A program made the position numbers and the translations under genes. 64,000 nt of DNA from assembly GCA_041694815.1 (NCBI GenBank), contig JBGFSC010000026.1:27762-91761 (forward strand). The letters are read 5' to 3'. The notes below the pieces were generated by a model that saw only the letters and a program-made list of their open reading frames with translations, made no database searches and was not told the origin of the DNA. This document shows, in pieces, positions 55,296-64,000 of the stretch (position 1 is the first letter of the stretch; each line of letters begins with the position of its first letter). Source of the stretch: Elusimicrobiota bacterium. Lineage in GTDB: Bacteria > Elusimicrobiota > Elusimicrobia > UBA1565 > JACRDR01.

Positions 55296-58200
55296 ATGCC
55301 CCTCGGCCGCGGAATCCTCGTCGGCGCGCTGCTTCTTGGAACGCTCGCCCGGCCGGTCTGGCCCGCCCTCTGCGGTTCCTTTAGCCCCAACGGCCATGAG
55401 CGCCTCTACGGCCTTTCCGCGCCGGAGGGGATGGCGGACCTGCGCGTCGAGGGGACATTTTATCCGAATGGCTCCGGCGGGATCCGGGTCGGTTTCGTCA
55501 TCCGGATCGACGAGGGGGAATACGGCAGGATAAGGGAATCCGGCGCCCCCTTGCCGGATCCCTTCGACCCGGACAAAATCCCACAGGGTTCGATCCTATT
55601 CCTGAGGCTCGGGGAATCGACGGATCAGGCCGTGCGCTTCGAGAGAACGACGGAGGGTGTCCGTGTTTCCCCGGGACGCCTGGATGAGCGTATTCATTTC
55701 CAGCCCGCTCCTGGCGCGGAAGCTCGGATGGTCGACCTGAGCAACGAGGACAATCGGGCGCGTTATAAAGAGTTCGTCCTTTCACTATGGCCGGCGTCCG
55801 AAGAGCCGGAGATCCCGCGATTCGTATCCACCCATCCCGATCGAGAGGATCGCGCGAAGAAATCGACTCCACCGATTGAGGCTCCGCCACGAGACGATTG
55901 GAAATGGCCCGCAAGGAGCCTACGCGAAGGCCCGATGGAAAGCTCTCCGGCCGATGTTCCGGCCCCCTATGCTGAAGCCTCCTCGCGAAACGAGCCGAAG
56001 CCGCCAGCGCCGAGCTGTACTCCTTGGGACATCGGCTGCCATGCGCGCGGGGCGATGCAGGCCGTTGCCGATCTCAACCGGCGCATCCATAACGTCAAGG
56101 AGGCCCTGGGAGACGGTTTGGTGGTCTTGGGCCAGCAGATGGCCCGTCCCGCCGAGCTGCACGCGCAGGCGGCCGACTGCGTGCAGAATTACGCCTGGTG
56201 TAAGGAGATGGGGCTGGCCGTCGGCTTCGGGGTCAAGGGCGCCGATATCATTTCGGGCACGGTCGGCTTCTTCGTCTCCGCGCTCGGGCACGCCATCCGT
56301 CCGACATTTAAGTTAGGTCCGAATAATCCGGAGGAAGTGGAACGCAACAATCAGGCGGCCGACGCCGCCGATGAAGCCTCCAAGGAGGCGACCGGCGGCG
56401 CCTACGGCGCCGGAGAGCTGGGCGCGGAGCTGGCCTCCTTCGTGCTGACCGGCGGCATCGGCGCGACGTTGGGTCTCGCCCGAGGGGCCGCCGCCCTGAG
56501 CAAGGCCATTCCGCGCCTGGTGCAGGAGGCGCCTCAACTCACCCGAAGCGCTCTGAGCTCCAGGACAGGAGCGATTTGGACCCGAGAGGAACTGGAACGC
56601 TTCGGCAATCCGGCGATCGAGCGGGCCATGGCCCGCTTGGCCGAGATCGAGAAAATCCGGGAGCAGAAGGGCCTGGCCGCCTTGACGGAAGAGGGGCGCC
56701 GAAGGATTTTTGCGACCCGGCTATATCGTGAGCTCAACCCGATCCAAGGCGAGCAGGGTAGGAGGCTGGGCCAGGGCGGCCTGGTCGTGGCCGATACGAC
56801 GGAAGGCGTGCTGCCCTCCTTCGCCTCGAACAAGGGGCTTAGTCGGGGAGTCGTTTTCGATCATCACGGCGCCCATTTTGACCCCCTTCATCCCGAAGTC
56901 GATTCCTCGATGAAGGTGCTCGGCGAGGTGGAGGAATGGATCGCGCAGAACGGGGTCTCGGCCAAGAGCCTGGAGGGGCTTGGTCGGCGCTTTGAGCGCG
57001 TCTATACTGATAACCTGGGCGACGGGTTATGGTCGGCATGGATCGCCCGCAATATCGGGAGGGTCGCCTCCGACCCCGCGCTTCGAGACCGCATCCGGAT
57101 GGCGACCGACTACGAGGATTTCGGGTTCTTCGGCCGCAAGGCCTTGGCCCAGGCGCAGGGGGACGCCGCTAAGGCCGAGGCCATCGAATTGCAGCATGCC
57201 GCCTTCAATGGCTACGACGCTTTGCTGAAGCGTTACGGGTTAAATTCCGACCGCTTCGGCTCCTTGCCCAAGCCCCAGCAGCAGCAAATTCTAGAGGGCG
57301 CCTTGGGGCATCTGGACCGGATTCTCGACGATGCCGTTTTCCGCAAGGCGCAGGCCGCCGAATTTGGCCGCTCCCTGGAGCAGGCCCGAAAGGCCGCCGA
57401 GGCGGCGCGATTGCCGATCGCTCCCGAGTTCGCGGATGCCTTGTCCCATATCACCGTGATCGACGCGGGCGCGCTGGCCAAGCAGGGAGTGTTCGCCGCC
57501 TGGGGAGGGGCCGCGCAGGCCAACGGCAAGCCGCTGCTGCTGAGCTTTAAGTCCTTGGCGCCGATCGGGGAGCGGATACGCCAGGCTAATCTCGCCAAGG
57601 CGGCGGCCTTAGGCATCGATGAGAAATCCGCAGGCTCAGTATTCGGTCGGGATGGGCTTCAGGTGGCTTTTCCTCCAGGCTTGACCTTGACGCCCGATGA
57701 GGTCATGGCGGCGATCGCCGGGAGATCCAAATCCTTATCGCATGATTGGGTGCAAGGCGTTATTGGAAATTATTCCGGGAAATTGGTGAGGCCGTTAAAT
57801 GACGAGGGCATTCGGAGGGTCACGGTAAAACTTGGAGTGAACAAGGACCGCATGATTGGTCTTAAGGACAAAATTGGCTTGCAAGGCCACGAGGGAACCT
57901 GCGCTCGTTATACGATTGCCTGTAATCTTAATCTGCAAGGAAGAGATTCCGTTGATGGTGAAGTGGTTAAAGACTACGCCTTTGAGATGATGGACTTGGA
58001 AATTGCTAGAGGGATTCAAGGCCGTCTTACTGACGGCATGAGAGTTGCGATTGAGAAAAGCCAGCACCGTGAACGGCAATTAACCAATCTGGGAGCATCG
58101 AAGATGCATGAGAAGGTCGTGAGGCAGATCGCGGCAGAACGTAAGTTCCGAAAATCAGTCCTAAACCAAGTAGGAATGGACAGTAATGACCAGCGTATAT

Positions 58201-58502
58201 TGGGTGATAGGCTTCGATTCGATGTGATGCCGCTTGGTCAGGTCAGCCGTGACGCTGACTTTGTGGCGAGTGAGGCTCAACTCAAGCGGGCGATCGAGGA
58301 AGTGCTGGGTGAAGGACGACCTGTCGAAGCCACGGTATTCGTAGAAGACTTTGACGCTCCCCATGCGGTCACCGTCCTGGCGAAAGCCGTAGACGAACAG
58401 GGAAGAGAGTTGGCTGTTTTGTACGATTCCAACCAAGGCGTCGTTTCCATGCCATGGCGGGAATTTCATCCCGTGGAGGCGTTTAAAATTATTCCCAAAT
58501 GA
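55296..58502 (+). CDS. Large secreted mosaic protein (DHH-containing region; C-terminal papain-like Cys/His/Asp candidate)
   Basis: 1068 aa, signal peptide, Gly/Ala hydrophobic segments, VVFDHHG, GHEGTCA, PHAVTV, LYDSN. Confidence 0.6.
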   Translation: MPLGRGILVGALLLGTLARPVWPALCGSFSPNGHERLYGLSAPEGMADLRVEGTFYPNGSGGIRVGFVIRIDEGEYGRIRESGAPLPDPFDPDKIPQGSILFLRLGESTDQAVRFERTTEGVRVSPGRLDERIHFQPAPGAEARMVDLSNEDNRARYKEFVLSLWPASEEPEIPRFVSTHPDREDRAKKSTPPIEAPPRDDWKWPARSLREGPMESSPADVPAPYAEASSRNEPKPPAPSCTPWDIGCHARGAMQAVADLNRRIHNVKEALGDGLVVLGQQMARPAELHAQAADCVQNYAWCKEMGLAVGFGVKGADIISGTVGFFVSALGHAIRPTFKLGPNNPEEVERNNQAADAADEASKEATGGAYGAGELGAELASFVLTGGIGATLGLARGAAALSKAIPRLVQEAPQLTRSALSSRTGAIWTREELERFGNPAIERAMARLAEIEKIREQKGLAALTEEGRRRIFATRLYRELNPIQGEQGRRLGQGGLVVADTTEGVLPSFASNKGLSRGVVFDHHGAHFDPLHPEVDSSMKVLGEVEEWIAQNGVSAKSLEGLGRRFERVYTDNLGDGLWSAWIARNIGRVASDPALRDRIRMATDYEDFGFFGRKALAQAQGDAAKAEAIELQHAAFNGYDALLKRYGLNSDRFGSLPKPQQQQILEGALGHLDRILDDAVFRKAQAAEFGRSLEQARKAAEAARLPIAPEFADALSHITVIDAGALAKQGVFAAWGGAAQANGKPLLLSFKSLAPIGERIRQANLAKAAALGIDEKSAGSVFGRDGLQVAFPPGLTLTPDEVMAAIAGRSKSLSHDWVQGVIGNYSGKLVRPLNDEGIRRVTVKLGVNKDRMIGLKDKIGLQGHEGTCARYTIACNLNLQGRDSVDGEVVKDYAFEMMDLEIARGIQGRLTDGMRVAIEKSQHRERQLTNLGASKMHEKVVRQIAAERKFRKSVLNQVGMDSNDQRILGDRLRFDVMPLGQVSRDADFVASEAQLKRAIEEVLGEGRPVEATVFVEDFDAPHAVTVLAKAVDEQGRELAVLYDSNQGVVSMPWREFHPVEAFKIIPK

Positions 58503-59815
58503 CTCCCATGGGCCGACGATCGCTGATCTTCTTATTCCTGCTCGCCGCCTCGGCGTTCCAGCCGCTGAGGGCGGCCGTGGCGATTCCCGACGGCGGAGGA
58601 ACTCCCCTTAAGGACCCCCGGTTTTGGATAGTCCTTCCCGCCGCCGACGCGGCCGCCCGCTCTAGGATCGCCGACGCCGGGGTCTCCATCGAGTCCATCG
58701 AGCGCGACAGGGTCGGCGGCGTCGCGAACCTGGGCTCCATCCGCCGGCTCCAGGAGTTCGGCATCCCGATCCTGGAACAGACGCCCCTAGAGGCCTTCCG
58801 GGCAAAAAGGCCGTCGGGGGGGATCAAAAGATTTCCTCCGGATGATCAGGCCTATCGCGATTACGCCCAGCTGCAGCAGGAATTGGCGTCGATCGCGTCG
58901 GAGAGCAATGGGGCGGCGACCCTTTTTTCGATCGGCACCAGCGTCGAAGGCCGGGATATCACGGGCATTCGCTTCACCCTTGCGCGCGCTCGCCGCGGGC
59001 TTCGCCATCGGCCCAAGCCCGCGGCATTGTTCCTCGGTACCCATCACGCCCGCGAGCATCTTTCGACCGAAGTCCCCTTGCTCCTGGCCCGCTGGCTTTC
59101 CGATAACCGCGACCGTCCCGAGGTTAGGCGGCTCCTGAGGACGCGCGAGATCTACATCATCCCCCTCGTCAATCCCGACGGCGCCGAATACGACCACGCC
59201 ACGGGGGCCTACGCCTGGCAGCGCAAGAACATGCGACAAAATGAAGACGGCTCCTTGGGAGTCGACCTTAATCGCAATTACGGATATCACTGGGGCGAGG
59301 GCGGCGCCTCGACCGATCCAGGCTCGGACATCTACCGCGGCCCCGCGCCCTTTTCGGAGCCCGAGACCCGGGCGGTGAGGGATTTCATCAATTCCCATCC
59401 CAACTTGAAAGTCTTGGTCAGCTACCACACTTTCAGCGAACTGATCCTGTATCCCTGGGGCTATACGAGCGAGCCGATCGAGGACTCGAAGGCGCTGTTG
59501 GCGTACAAGGCCATGGCCCAGAAAATGGCGGAATGGACCGGCTACACCCCGATGCAGTCCTCCGATCTTTATGTCGCCAGCGGCGATACCTGCGATTGGG
59601 CCTGGGGAGAGAAGGGGATATTCTCCTTCACTTTCGAGCTCACGCCCAGATCCTTATGGGACGGCGGCTTCTATCCGGGAGCCGGCGTCATCGAGCCGAC
59701 CTTCCAGAAGAACCTGCTGGCGGCACTCTACCTCATCGAACTGGCCGACGATCCGCTCCGCGCGGCCGAATCCTTCCTGCCTCCGTTTTCCCATCCTATC
59801 CGCGGGCCGTATTAG
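58499..59815 (+). CDS. M14-family zinc carboxypeptidase (carboxypeptidase T-like), secreted
   Basis: HHAREH, NPDG, RKN, GVDLNRN, PFSEPET, SYHT, LYPWGY, FTFEL. Confidence 0.92.
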   Translation: MTPMGRRSLIFLFLLAASAFQPLRAAVAIPDGGGTPLKDPRFWIVLPAADAAARSRIADAGVSIESIERDRVGGVANLGSIRRLQEFGIPILEQTPLEAFRAKRPSGGIKRFPPDDQAYRDYAQLQQELASIASESNGAATLFSIGTSVEGRDITGIRFTLARARRGLRHRPKPAALFLGTHHAREHLSTEVPLLLARWLSDNRDRPEVRRLLRTREIYIIPLVNPDGAEYDHATGAYAWQRKNMRQNEDGSLGVDLNRNYGYHWGEGGASTDPGSDIYRGPAPFSEPETRAVRDFINSHPNLKVLVSYHTFSELILYPWGYTSEPIEDSKALLAYKAMAQKMAEWTGYTPMQSSDLYVASGDTCDWAWGEKGIFSFTFELTPRSLWDGGFYPGAGVIEPTFQKNLLAALYLIELADDPLRAAESFLPPFSHPIRGPY

Positions 59816-59825
59816 CTCCCTTTTC

Positions 59826-59854
59826 TTGACTTCGCCGGACCCTTGTGGTATCGT
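59826..59854 (+). promoter_or_regulatory. sigma70-type promoter, probably leaderless
   Basis: TTGACT-17-TATCGT with TG extension, GTG 6 nt later. Confidence 0.6.
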
Positions 59855-59860
59855 ACCGCC

Positions 59861-60238
59861 GTGGAGCAAAGTTCCCTTTTTGCCCTATTGGGGCGCCTTT
59901 TTTTATCGGCCGTTTTCCTGGCTTCCGCCTTCGGAAAACTGACCCATTTCAGCTCCACGGCCGAGACCATGGCGGCCCATGGAATCCCCGCGCCCGAGCT
60001 GCTCTGCGCCGTCTCCATCGGCCTGGAAACCTTGGGGGGTCTGAGCCTGGTCCTGGGATTGCATGCCCGCGCCGGGGCCGCCGTTTTGGCCCTATTCCTG
60101 ATCCCAGTGACCCTCGTCTTCCATGTCGGGCCCGAGCAGAAGATACAGTTCCTGAAGAATCTCGGCATCCTGGGCGGGCTGCTGCAAATCCTGGCTTTCG
60201 GCCCGGGGGAGATCAGCATGGACCGGGCGCGGGGATGA
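59861..60238 (+). CDS. DoxX-family membrane protein
   Basis: LLGRLFLSAVF...GK, E.LGG, FLKNLGILGGLL, GPG..S.D. Confidence 0.88.
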   Translation: MEQSSLFALLGRLFLSAVFLASAFGKLTHFSSTAETMAAHGIPAPELLCAVSIGLETLGGLSLVLGLHARAGAAVLALFLIPVTLVFHVGPEQKIQFLKNLGILGGLLQILAFGPGEISMDRARG

Positions 60239-61809
60239 AGGACGCCATCTCGGCCGCCTTCGCCCGGAAATACCGTCCCCAGGGTTGGGGGGAAATGGTG
60301 GGGCAGGAGGCCGTGACGGTGACGCTCAAGAACGCCATCGCCGCCGGCGCCCCTGGCCACGCCTATCTGTTCTTCGGCCCGCGCGGCATCGGCAAGACCA
60401 CGGCCGCCCGCATCCTCGCCAAGGCGCTCAATTGCGCCAAAGGCCCCAGCGCCGAGCCCTGCGGCCGCTGCGTCCCCTGCTCGGAGATCGCGGCGGGGTC
60501 GGCCATCGACGTGCTCGAGCTCGACGCCGCCACCCATACCCAGGTGGAGAAAATCCGTGAGATGATCCTGGAGACGGTGGCCTTGGCGCCGTCGAGGGAC
60601 CGCTATAAGGTGTTCATCATCGACGAGGTCCATATGCTCTCGACCTCCTCCTTCAATGCCCTGCTCAAGACCTTGGAGGAGCCTCCCGCGCACGTTGTGT
60701 TCATTTTGGCCACAACCGAGCCAGCCAAGATCCCGGCCACCATCATCTCGCGCTGCCAGCGCTTCCGTTTCCGGCCGCTTTCGGTCGAAACCCTGGCCGC
60801 GCATCTGCGACGGCTGGCCGGGCAGGAAAGGATCAAGGCTGAGGATCAGGCGCTCGAGCTACTGGCGCGGGCGGCAGGGGGCTCCCTGCGGGACGCGGTG
60901 AGCCTTCTGGAGCAGGCGCAGGCCTACGCCGCCAAGGGCTCCCTGGGCGTTTCGGAGGTGACCGAGCTTTTGGGCATGCTGCCGGAAGAGGCCCTGCTGG
61001 CCGTCGCCGGCGCCATACTGGCCAAGGACGCCCAGGCGTTGAGGGAGCGCATCGAGGGGATCCTGGAGGAGGGTTACGACGCCGGGCAGCTGCTTCGGGA
61101 CCTGCGCGAACGCCTCCACGGCTGCTACTTGCAGGCCCTGGGCGTCTCGGTGGAGTTGGAGCCGCCATGGAAGTCCCTGGCCGGCAAGCACGGGGCGCAG
61201 GCCTTTTATTTCCTGGTCGGGCGCATGAACGAGGCCTTGGAACGGCTGCGGCAGGAGGAAAGTCCTCGGCTCGCTCTGGAGCAGTCGCTCTACGGCGCTT
61301 TGGAGGCGGCTTACGATTTAGGCGAATGGGTTCGACGGCTGGAGGCGTTGGAAAAACGGCTTCAGGGCGCGCCCCCGCGGCAACAGCGGGAGCAGCCCGA
61401 GCCCCTTTTGCCGGAGCCGGTGCCCGTTGCGGAAGGAGGGGCGGCGCAGCAGACATGGGCGGACCTGTTGCGGCAGCTGCGGGAGGAGAAGCCGGGGTTG
61501 GCCAGCGCCTTGGAATCCGCGCGACTGGACGCGGCAGCTCAGGCTGAATGGCGCCTTTTGTTTGCGCCTTCCATGGGATTTCAGTTGGAGCAGGCTCGAC
61601 GAGGGCAGTCCCTAGTTGAGGCCAAATTGGCCACAAAATTGGGACGTCCCTTGAAGCTGCGTCTGGAAACGGCCGCCGGACTCTCCGCCGAGCCACCGGG
61701 CCTATCCGAGGAGCCCGAGGAGTCTCCCGCCCCGGCGGCCGATCCGGCCCTCCAGAAGGTGTTGGAGGTCTTCCCGGGCAGGCTGCGGCCGGCGAAAAAG
61801 AAGGCATGA
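60235..61809 (+). CDS. dnaX: DNA polymerase III subunit gamma/tau
   Basis: ATG 60235; ARKYRP, GPRGIGKTT, CxxCxxC, IIDEVHML, LKTLEEPP, SRCQ. Confidence 0.96.
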   Translation: MKDAISAAFARKYRPQGWGEMVGQEAVTVTLKNAIAAGAPGHAYLFFGPRGIGKTTAARILAKALNCAKGPSAEPCGRCVPCSEIAAGSAIDVLELDAATHTQVEKIREMILETVALAPSRDRYKVFIIDEVHMLSTSSFNALLKTLEEPPAHVVFILATTEPAKIPATIISRCQRFRFRPLSVETLAAHLRRLAGQERIKAEDQALELLARAAGGSLRDAVSLLEQAQAYAAKGSLGVSEVTELLGMLPEEALLAVAGAILAKDAQALRERIEGILEEGYDAGQLLRDLRERLHGCYLQALGVSVELEPPWKSLAGKHGAQAFYFLVGRMNEALERLRQEESPRLALEQSLYGALEAAYDLGEWVRRLEALEKRLQGAPPRQQREQPEPLLPEPVPVAEGGAAQQTWADLLRQLREEKPGLASALESARLDAAAQAEWRLLFAPSMGFQLEQARRGQSLVEAKLATKLGRPLKLRLETAAGLSAEPPGLSEEPEESPAPAADPALQKVLEVFPGRLRPAKKKA

Positions 61810-62420
61810 AGAGCTTTCCCAAGCTGATCGCGAGCCTGCGGCGCCTGCCCGGCATCGGCCCCAAGCAGGCGGAGCGGATGGCCCTGCACCTGCTGCGCGC
61901 CTCCTCCAGCGAGGCCGAGGCGCTCGTCTCGGCCTTGCGCGAGGTGCGCGAGCGAGTCCGCCCCTGCGCGGGTTGCTTCGATTTCGCCGAGAGCGAGCTC
62001 TGCCGCATCTGCGCCGATCCGGGACGCGAGGAGGGGCTTTTGTGCGTCGTTGAGCAGCCCTCCGACGTGGCCGCCATCGAGCGCTCCCGGGGCTTTAAGG
62101 GGCGCTACCATGTGCTGCACGGAGCCTTGTCTCCCCTTGATGGCGTGGGCCCCCAGTCCCTGCGGATCGAGGAGCTCTTGGAGCGCGTTCGGGGTGGCGG
62201 GATAGGTGAGGTCATTTTGGCCACAAACCACACCGTCGAGGGGGACGCGACCGCGCTGTACCTGGGCCAAAGCCTGCGGCCTTTCGGCGTGCGGGTCACG
62301 CGCATCGCCATGGGGGTCCCCTTGGGGGGCGATCTTAGCTACATCGACGAGCAGACGCTGGCGCATGCCTTAAGCGGACGCAGGACGATCGCGGAAAGGG
62401 CGGTGGAAGATGCTCTATAA
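61806..62420 (+). CDS. recR: Recombination mediator RecR
   Basis: LPGIGPK, C4 zinc finger, YHVL.G.LSP, EVILAT...EG.AT, TRIA.G. Confidence 0.96.
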   Translation: MKSFPKLIASLRRLPGIGPKQAERMALHLLRASSSEAEALVSALREVRERVRPCAGCFDFAESELCRICADPGREEGLLCVVEQPSDVAAIERSRGFKGRYHVLHGALSPLDGVGPQSLRIEELLERVRGGGIGEVILATNHTVEGDATALYLGQSLRPFGVRVTRIAMGVPLGGDLSYIDEQTLAHALSGRRTIAERAVEDAL

Positions 62421-63807
62421 CAACATCTTGGAAGCGATTGGAAACACTCCCCTCATCCGCCTCAATAAGATGGCCGAGGGGCTCGAGTGCAAGATCTACG
62501 TCAAGGCGGAGTTCTTCAATCCGGGCGGCAGCGTCAAGGACCGCATCGCCGTCACCATGATCGACGACGCCGAGCGCAGGGGACTTCTCAAGCCCGGCGG
62601 CACCGTCATCGAGGGTACCTCCGGGAATACGGGCATTGGCCTGGCGCTGGTCGCCGCGCTGCGGGGCTATAAGATCGTCTTCACCATCACCGACAAGCAG
62701 TCCCGCGAGAAGATCAACCTGCTTAAGGCCTTGGGAGCCGAGGTCATCGTCTGCCCCACGGCCGTGGAGCCCGATGATCCGCGCTCCTATTATTCGGTGG
62801 CCAAGGCCCTGGCCAAGGAAATACCCAACGCGTATTACCCGAACCAATACGCCAATCCGGAGAATCCCAGGGCCCATTATATCGGCACCGGCCCAGAGAT
62901 ATGGAAGGATACGGGAGGGAGGATCACGCATTTCGTGGCGGGCATGGGCACGGGCGGCACCATCAGCGGCGTGGGCAGGTACCTCAAGGAGCGAAATCCC
63001 AAGATCAAGATCATCGGCGTCGATCCCATCGGCTCGCTCTATTACGACAAGATCAAGCACAATAAAGTGGGAGTCGCCAAGACCTACGTGGTCGAGGGCA
63101 TCGGCGAGGATTTTTTCCCTAGCACCTGCGATCTCAAGATCATCGACGACGTGCTGCAGGTCAACGATCGGGACTCCTTTATCACCACGCGGCGGATGGC
63201 CCGGCTGGAGGGCCTTTTTTGCGGGGGTTCCGCGGGCTCGGCGGTCTGGGGCGGGCTTAAGGCCGCCGAGGGCCTTTCCGCCAAGGATCTGATGGTGATC
63301 CTTTTGCCGGATACGGGGATGCGGTATCTTTCTAAGATATACAACGACGAGTGGATGCGCGAAGGCCAGTACTTCGAGGCGGATATCCATCTGTCGGCCG
63401 AGGACGTAGTCGCGGTCAAGCGCCGCGAGCGGGGGGAGCGCAAGCTGGTCTGCGCCAAGCCCCAAAGCACGCTTTTCGAGGCGCTTAAGGAGATGCGCCG
63501 CCAGGACATCAGCCAGCTGCCCGTTTTCGAGGGCAACAAGCTTATCGGGGCCGTCTACGAGGACGCGATCCTGGGCCTGATGCTCAAGGGCCGAGAAATC
63601 AAGAAAATGGTCGTGCGCGAGGTGATGGGCCAGCCGCTGCCCGTGGTCAAGCCCGAGGCGCGCATCGAGTCGGTGCTCAGGCTGGTCAAGCCCGAATGCC
63701 CGGCCGTCTTGGTCTCCAAGGGCAAAAAGTCTTTTGAAATCATAACTAAATACGATATCTTGAACGCCGTCTCCAAGATGGCCGAAGGCAACGGCTCCCA
63801 CCGCTAA
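62410..63807 (+). CDS. Cystathionine beta-synthase with C-terminal CBS pair
   Basis: NPGGSVKDR, TSGNTG, GMGTGGT, VEGIGED, CBS motif ISQLPV. Confidence 0.9.
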   Translation: MLYNNILEAIGNTPLIRLNKMAEGLECKIYVKAEFFNPGGSVKDRIAVTMIDDAERRGLLKPGGTVIEGTSGNTGIGLALVAALRGYKIVFTITDKQSREKINLLKALGAEVIVCPTAVEPDDPRSYYSVAKALAKEIPNAYYPNQYANPENPRAHYIGTGPEIWKDTGGRITHFVAGMGTGGTISGVGRYLKERNPKIKIIGVDPIGSLYYDKIKHNKVGVAKTYVVEGIGEDFFPSTCDLKIIDDVLQVNDRDSFITTRRMARLEGLFCGGSAGSAVWGGLKAAEGLSAKDLMVILLPDTGMRYLSKIYNDEWMREGQYFEADIHLSAEDVVAVKRRERGERKLVCAKPQSTLFEALKEMRRQDISQLPVFEGNKLIGAVYEDAILGLMLKGREIKKMVVREVMGQPLPVVKPEARIESVLRLVKPECPAVLVSKGKKSFEIITKYDILNAVSKMAEGNGSHR

Positions 63808-63861
63808 AACCAGCCCAAAACCCCCTTGAAAATAGCCCATTGAGGGGCTATATCATTCGGT

Positions 63862-64000
63862 ATGAAGCGCCCGGGCGCGGGTTACACCCTCACCGAGATG
63901 TTGGTGGGGGTACTGATCATCGTCGTGCTCGCCACCTTGGGAACGGCCCAATACCAGAAGGTTGTCGAGCAGCATCGGCTCGACGCGGCCAAGGCCGTTA
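63862..64000 (+). CDS. Prepilin-type N-terminal cleavage/methylation protein (partial)
   Basis: MKRPGAG|YTLTEMLVGVLIIVVLATLG: G cleavage site, E at +5, hydrophobic helix. Confidence 0.85.
   Translation, partial: MKRPGAGYTLTEMLVGVLIIVVLATLGTAQYQKVVEQHRLDAAKAV

Noticed and set aside
60235..61809. Programmed frameshift in dnaX
   Set aside because: No A-AAA-AAG or long A-run slippery site seen in the middle of the gene.
424..63840. Many long antisense or alternate-frame ORFs (e.g. 39109-40500, 60833-62077, 62335-63840)
   Set aside because: Shadow ORFs of high-GC genes; they overlap well-supported CDSs and lack motifs.
1..64000. CRISPR array, rRNA, tRNA, transposase or integrase
   Set aside because: No regularly spaced direct repeats, RNA-gene signatures or mobile-element ORFs recognised by eye.

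Overview
High-GC, diderm-type bacterial chromosome segment; the taxon cannot be fixed from sequence alone. 1-26766 (minus strand) is a large surface-glycan locus in three apparent transcription units. It includes a visibly more AT-rich pseudaminic-acid-type block (pseB, pseI, amidotransferase+HisH/HisF, methylase, PseF-like, PseG-GNAT fusion, flippase) and a winged-helix regulator. 26795-29916 is a divergent MaoC-SDR-FkbH-ACP cassette. 32071-41018 is housekeeping (infC with ATT start, rpmI, rplT, pheS, pheT, zapB-like, zapA, rarA, xseA, xseB, tlyA). 41270-44175 holds secreted orphans and an RHH-Doc toxin-antitoxin pair. 44447-55248 is a tightly coupled envelope operon: giant TPR protein, 8-repeat Ig-like/OmpA protein, ExbB/TolQ, two ExbD/TolR, TonB, a degenerate Ig/OmpA paralog, a HAMP protein and a receiver protein. 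It is followed by a mosaic 1068-aa secreted protein, M14 peptidase, DoxX, dnaX, recR, cystathionine beta-synthase and a partial prepilin. Best leads: (i) the receptor-less TonB/Exb motor operon; (ii) a TGTTCA-N5-TGAACA palindrome at all three glycan-locus promoters; (iii) two families of structured palindromic repeats with compensatory changes that have entered coding sequence; (iv) recurrent leaderless promoter architecture; (v) FkbH/ACP acyl-donor cassette beside an amidino-pseudaminic acid pathway. No CRISPR, rRNA, tRNA or transposase was seen.
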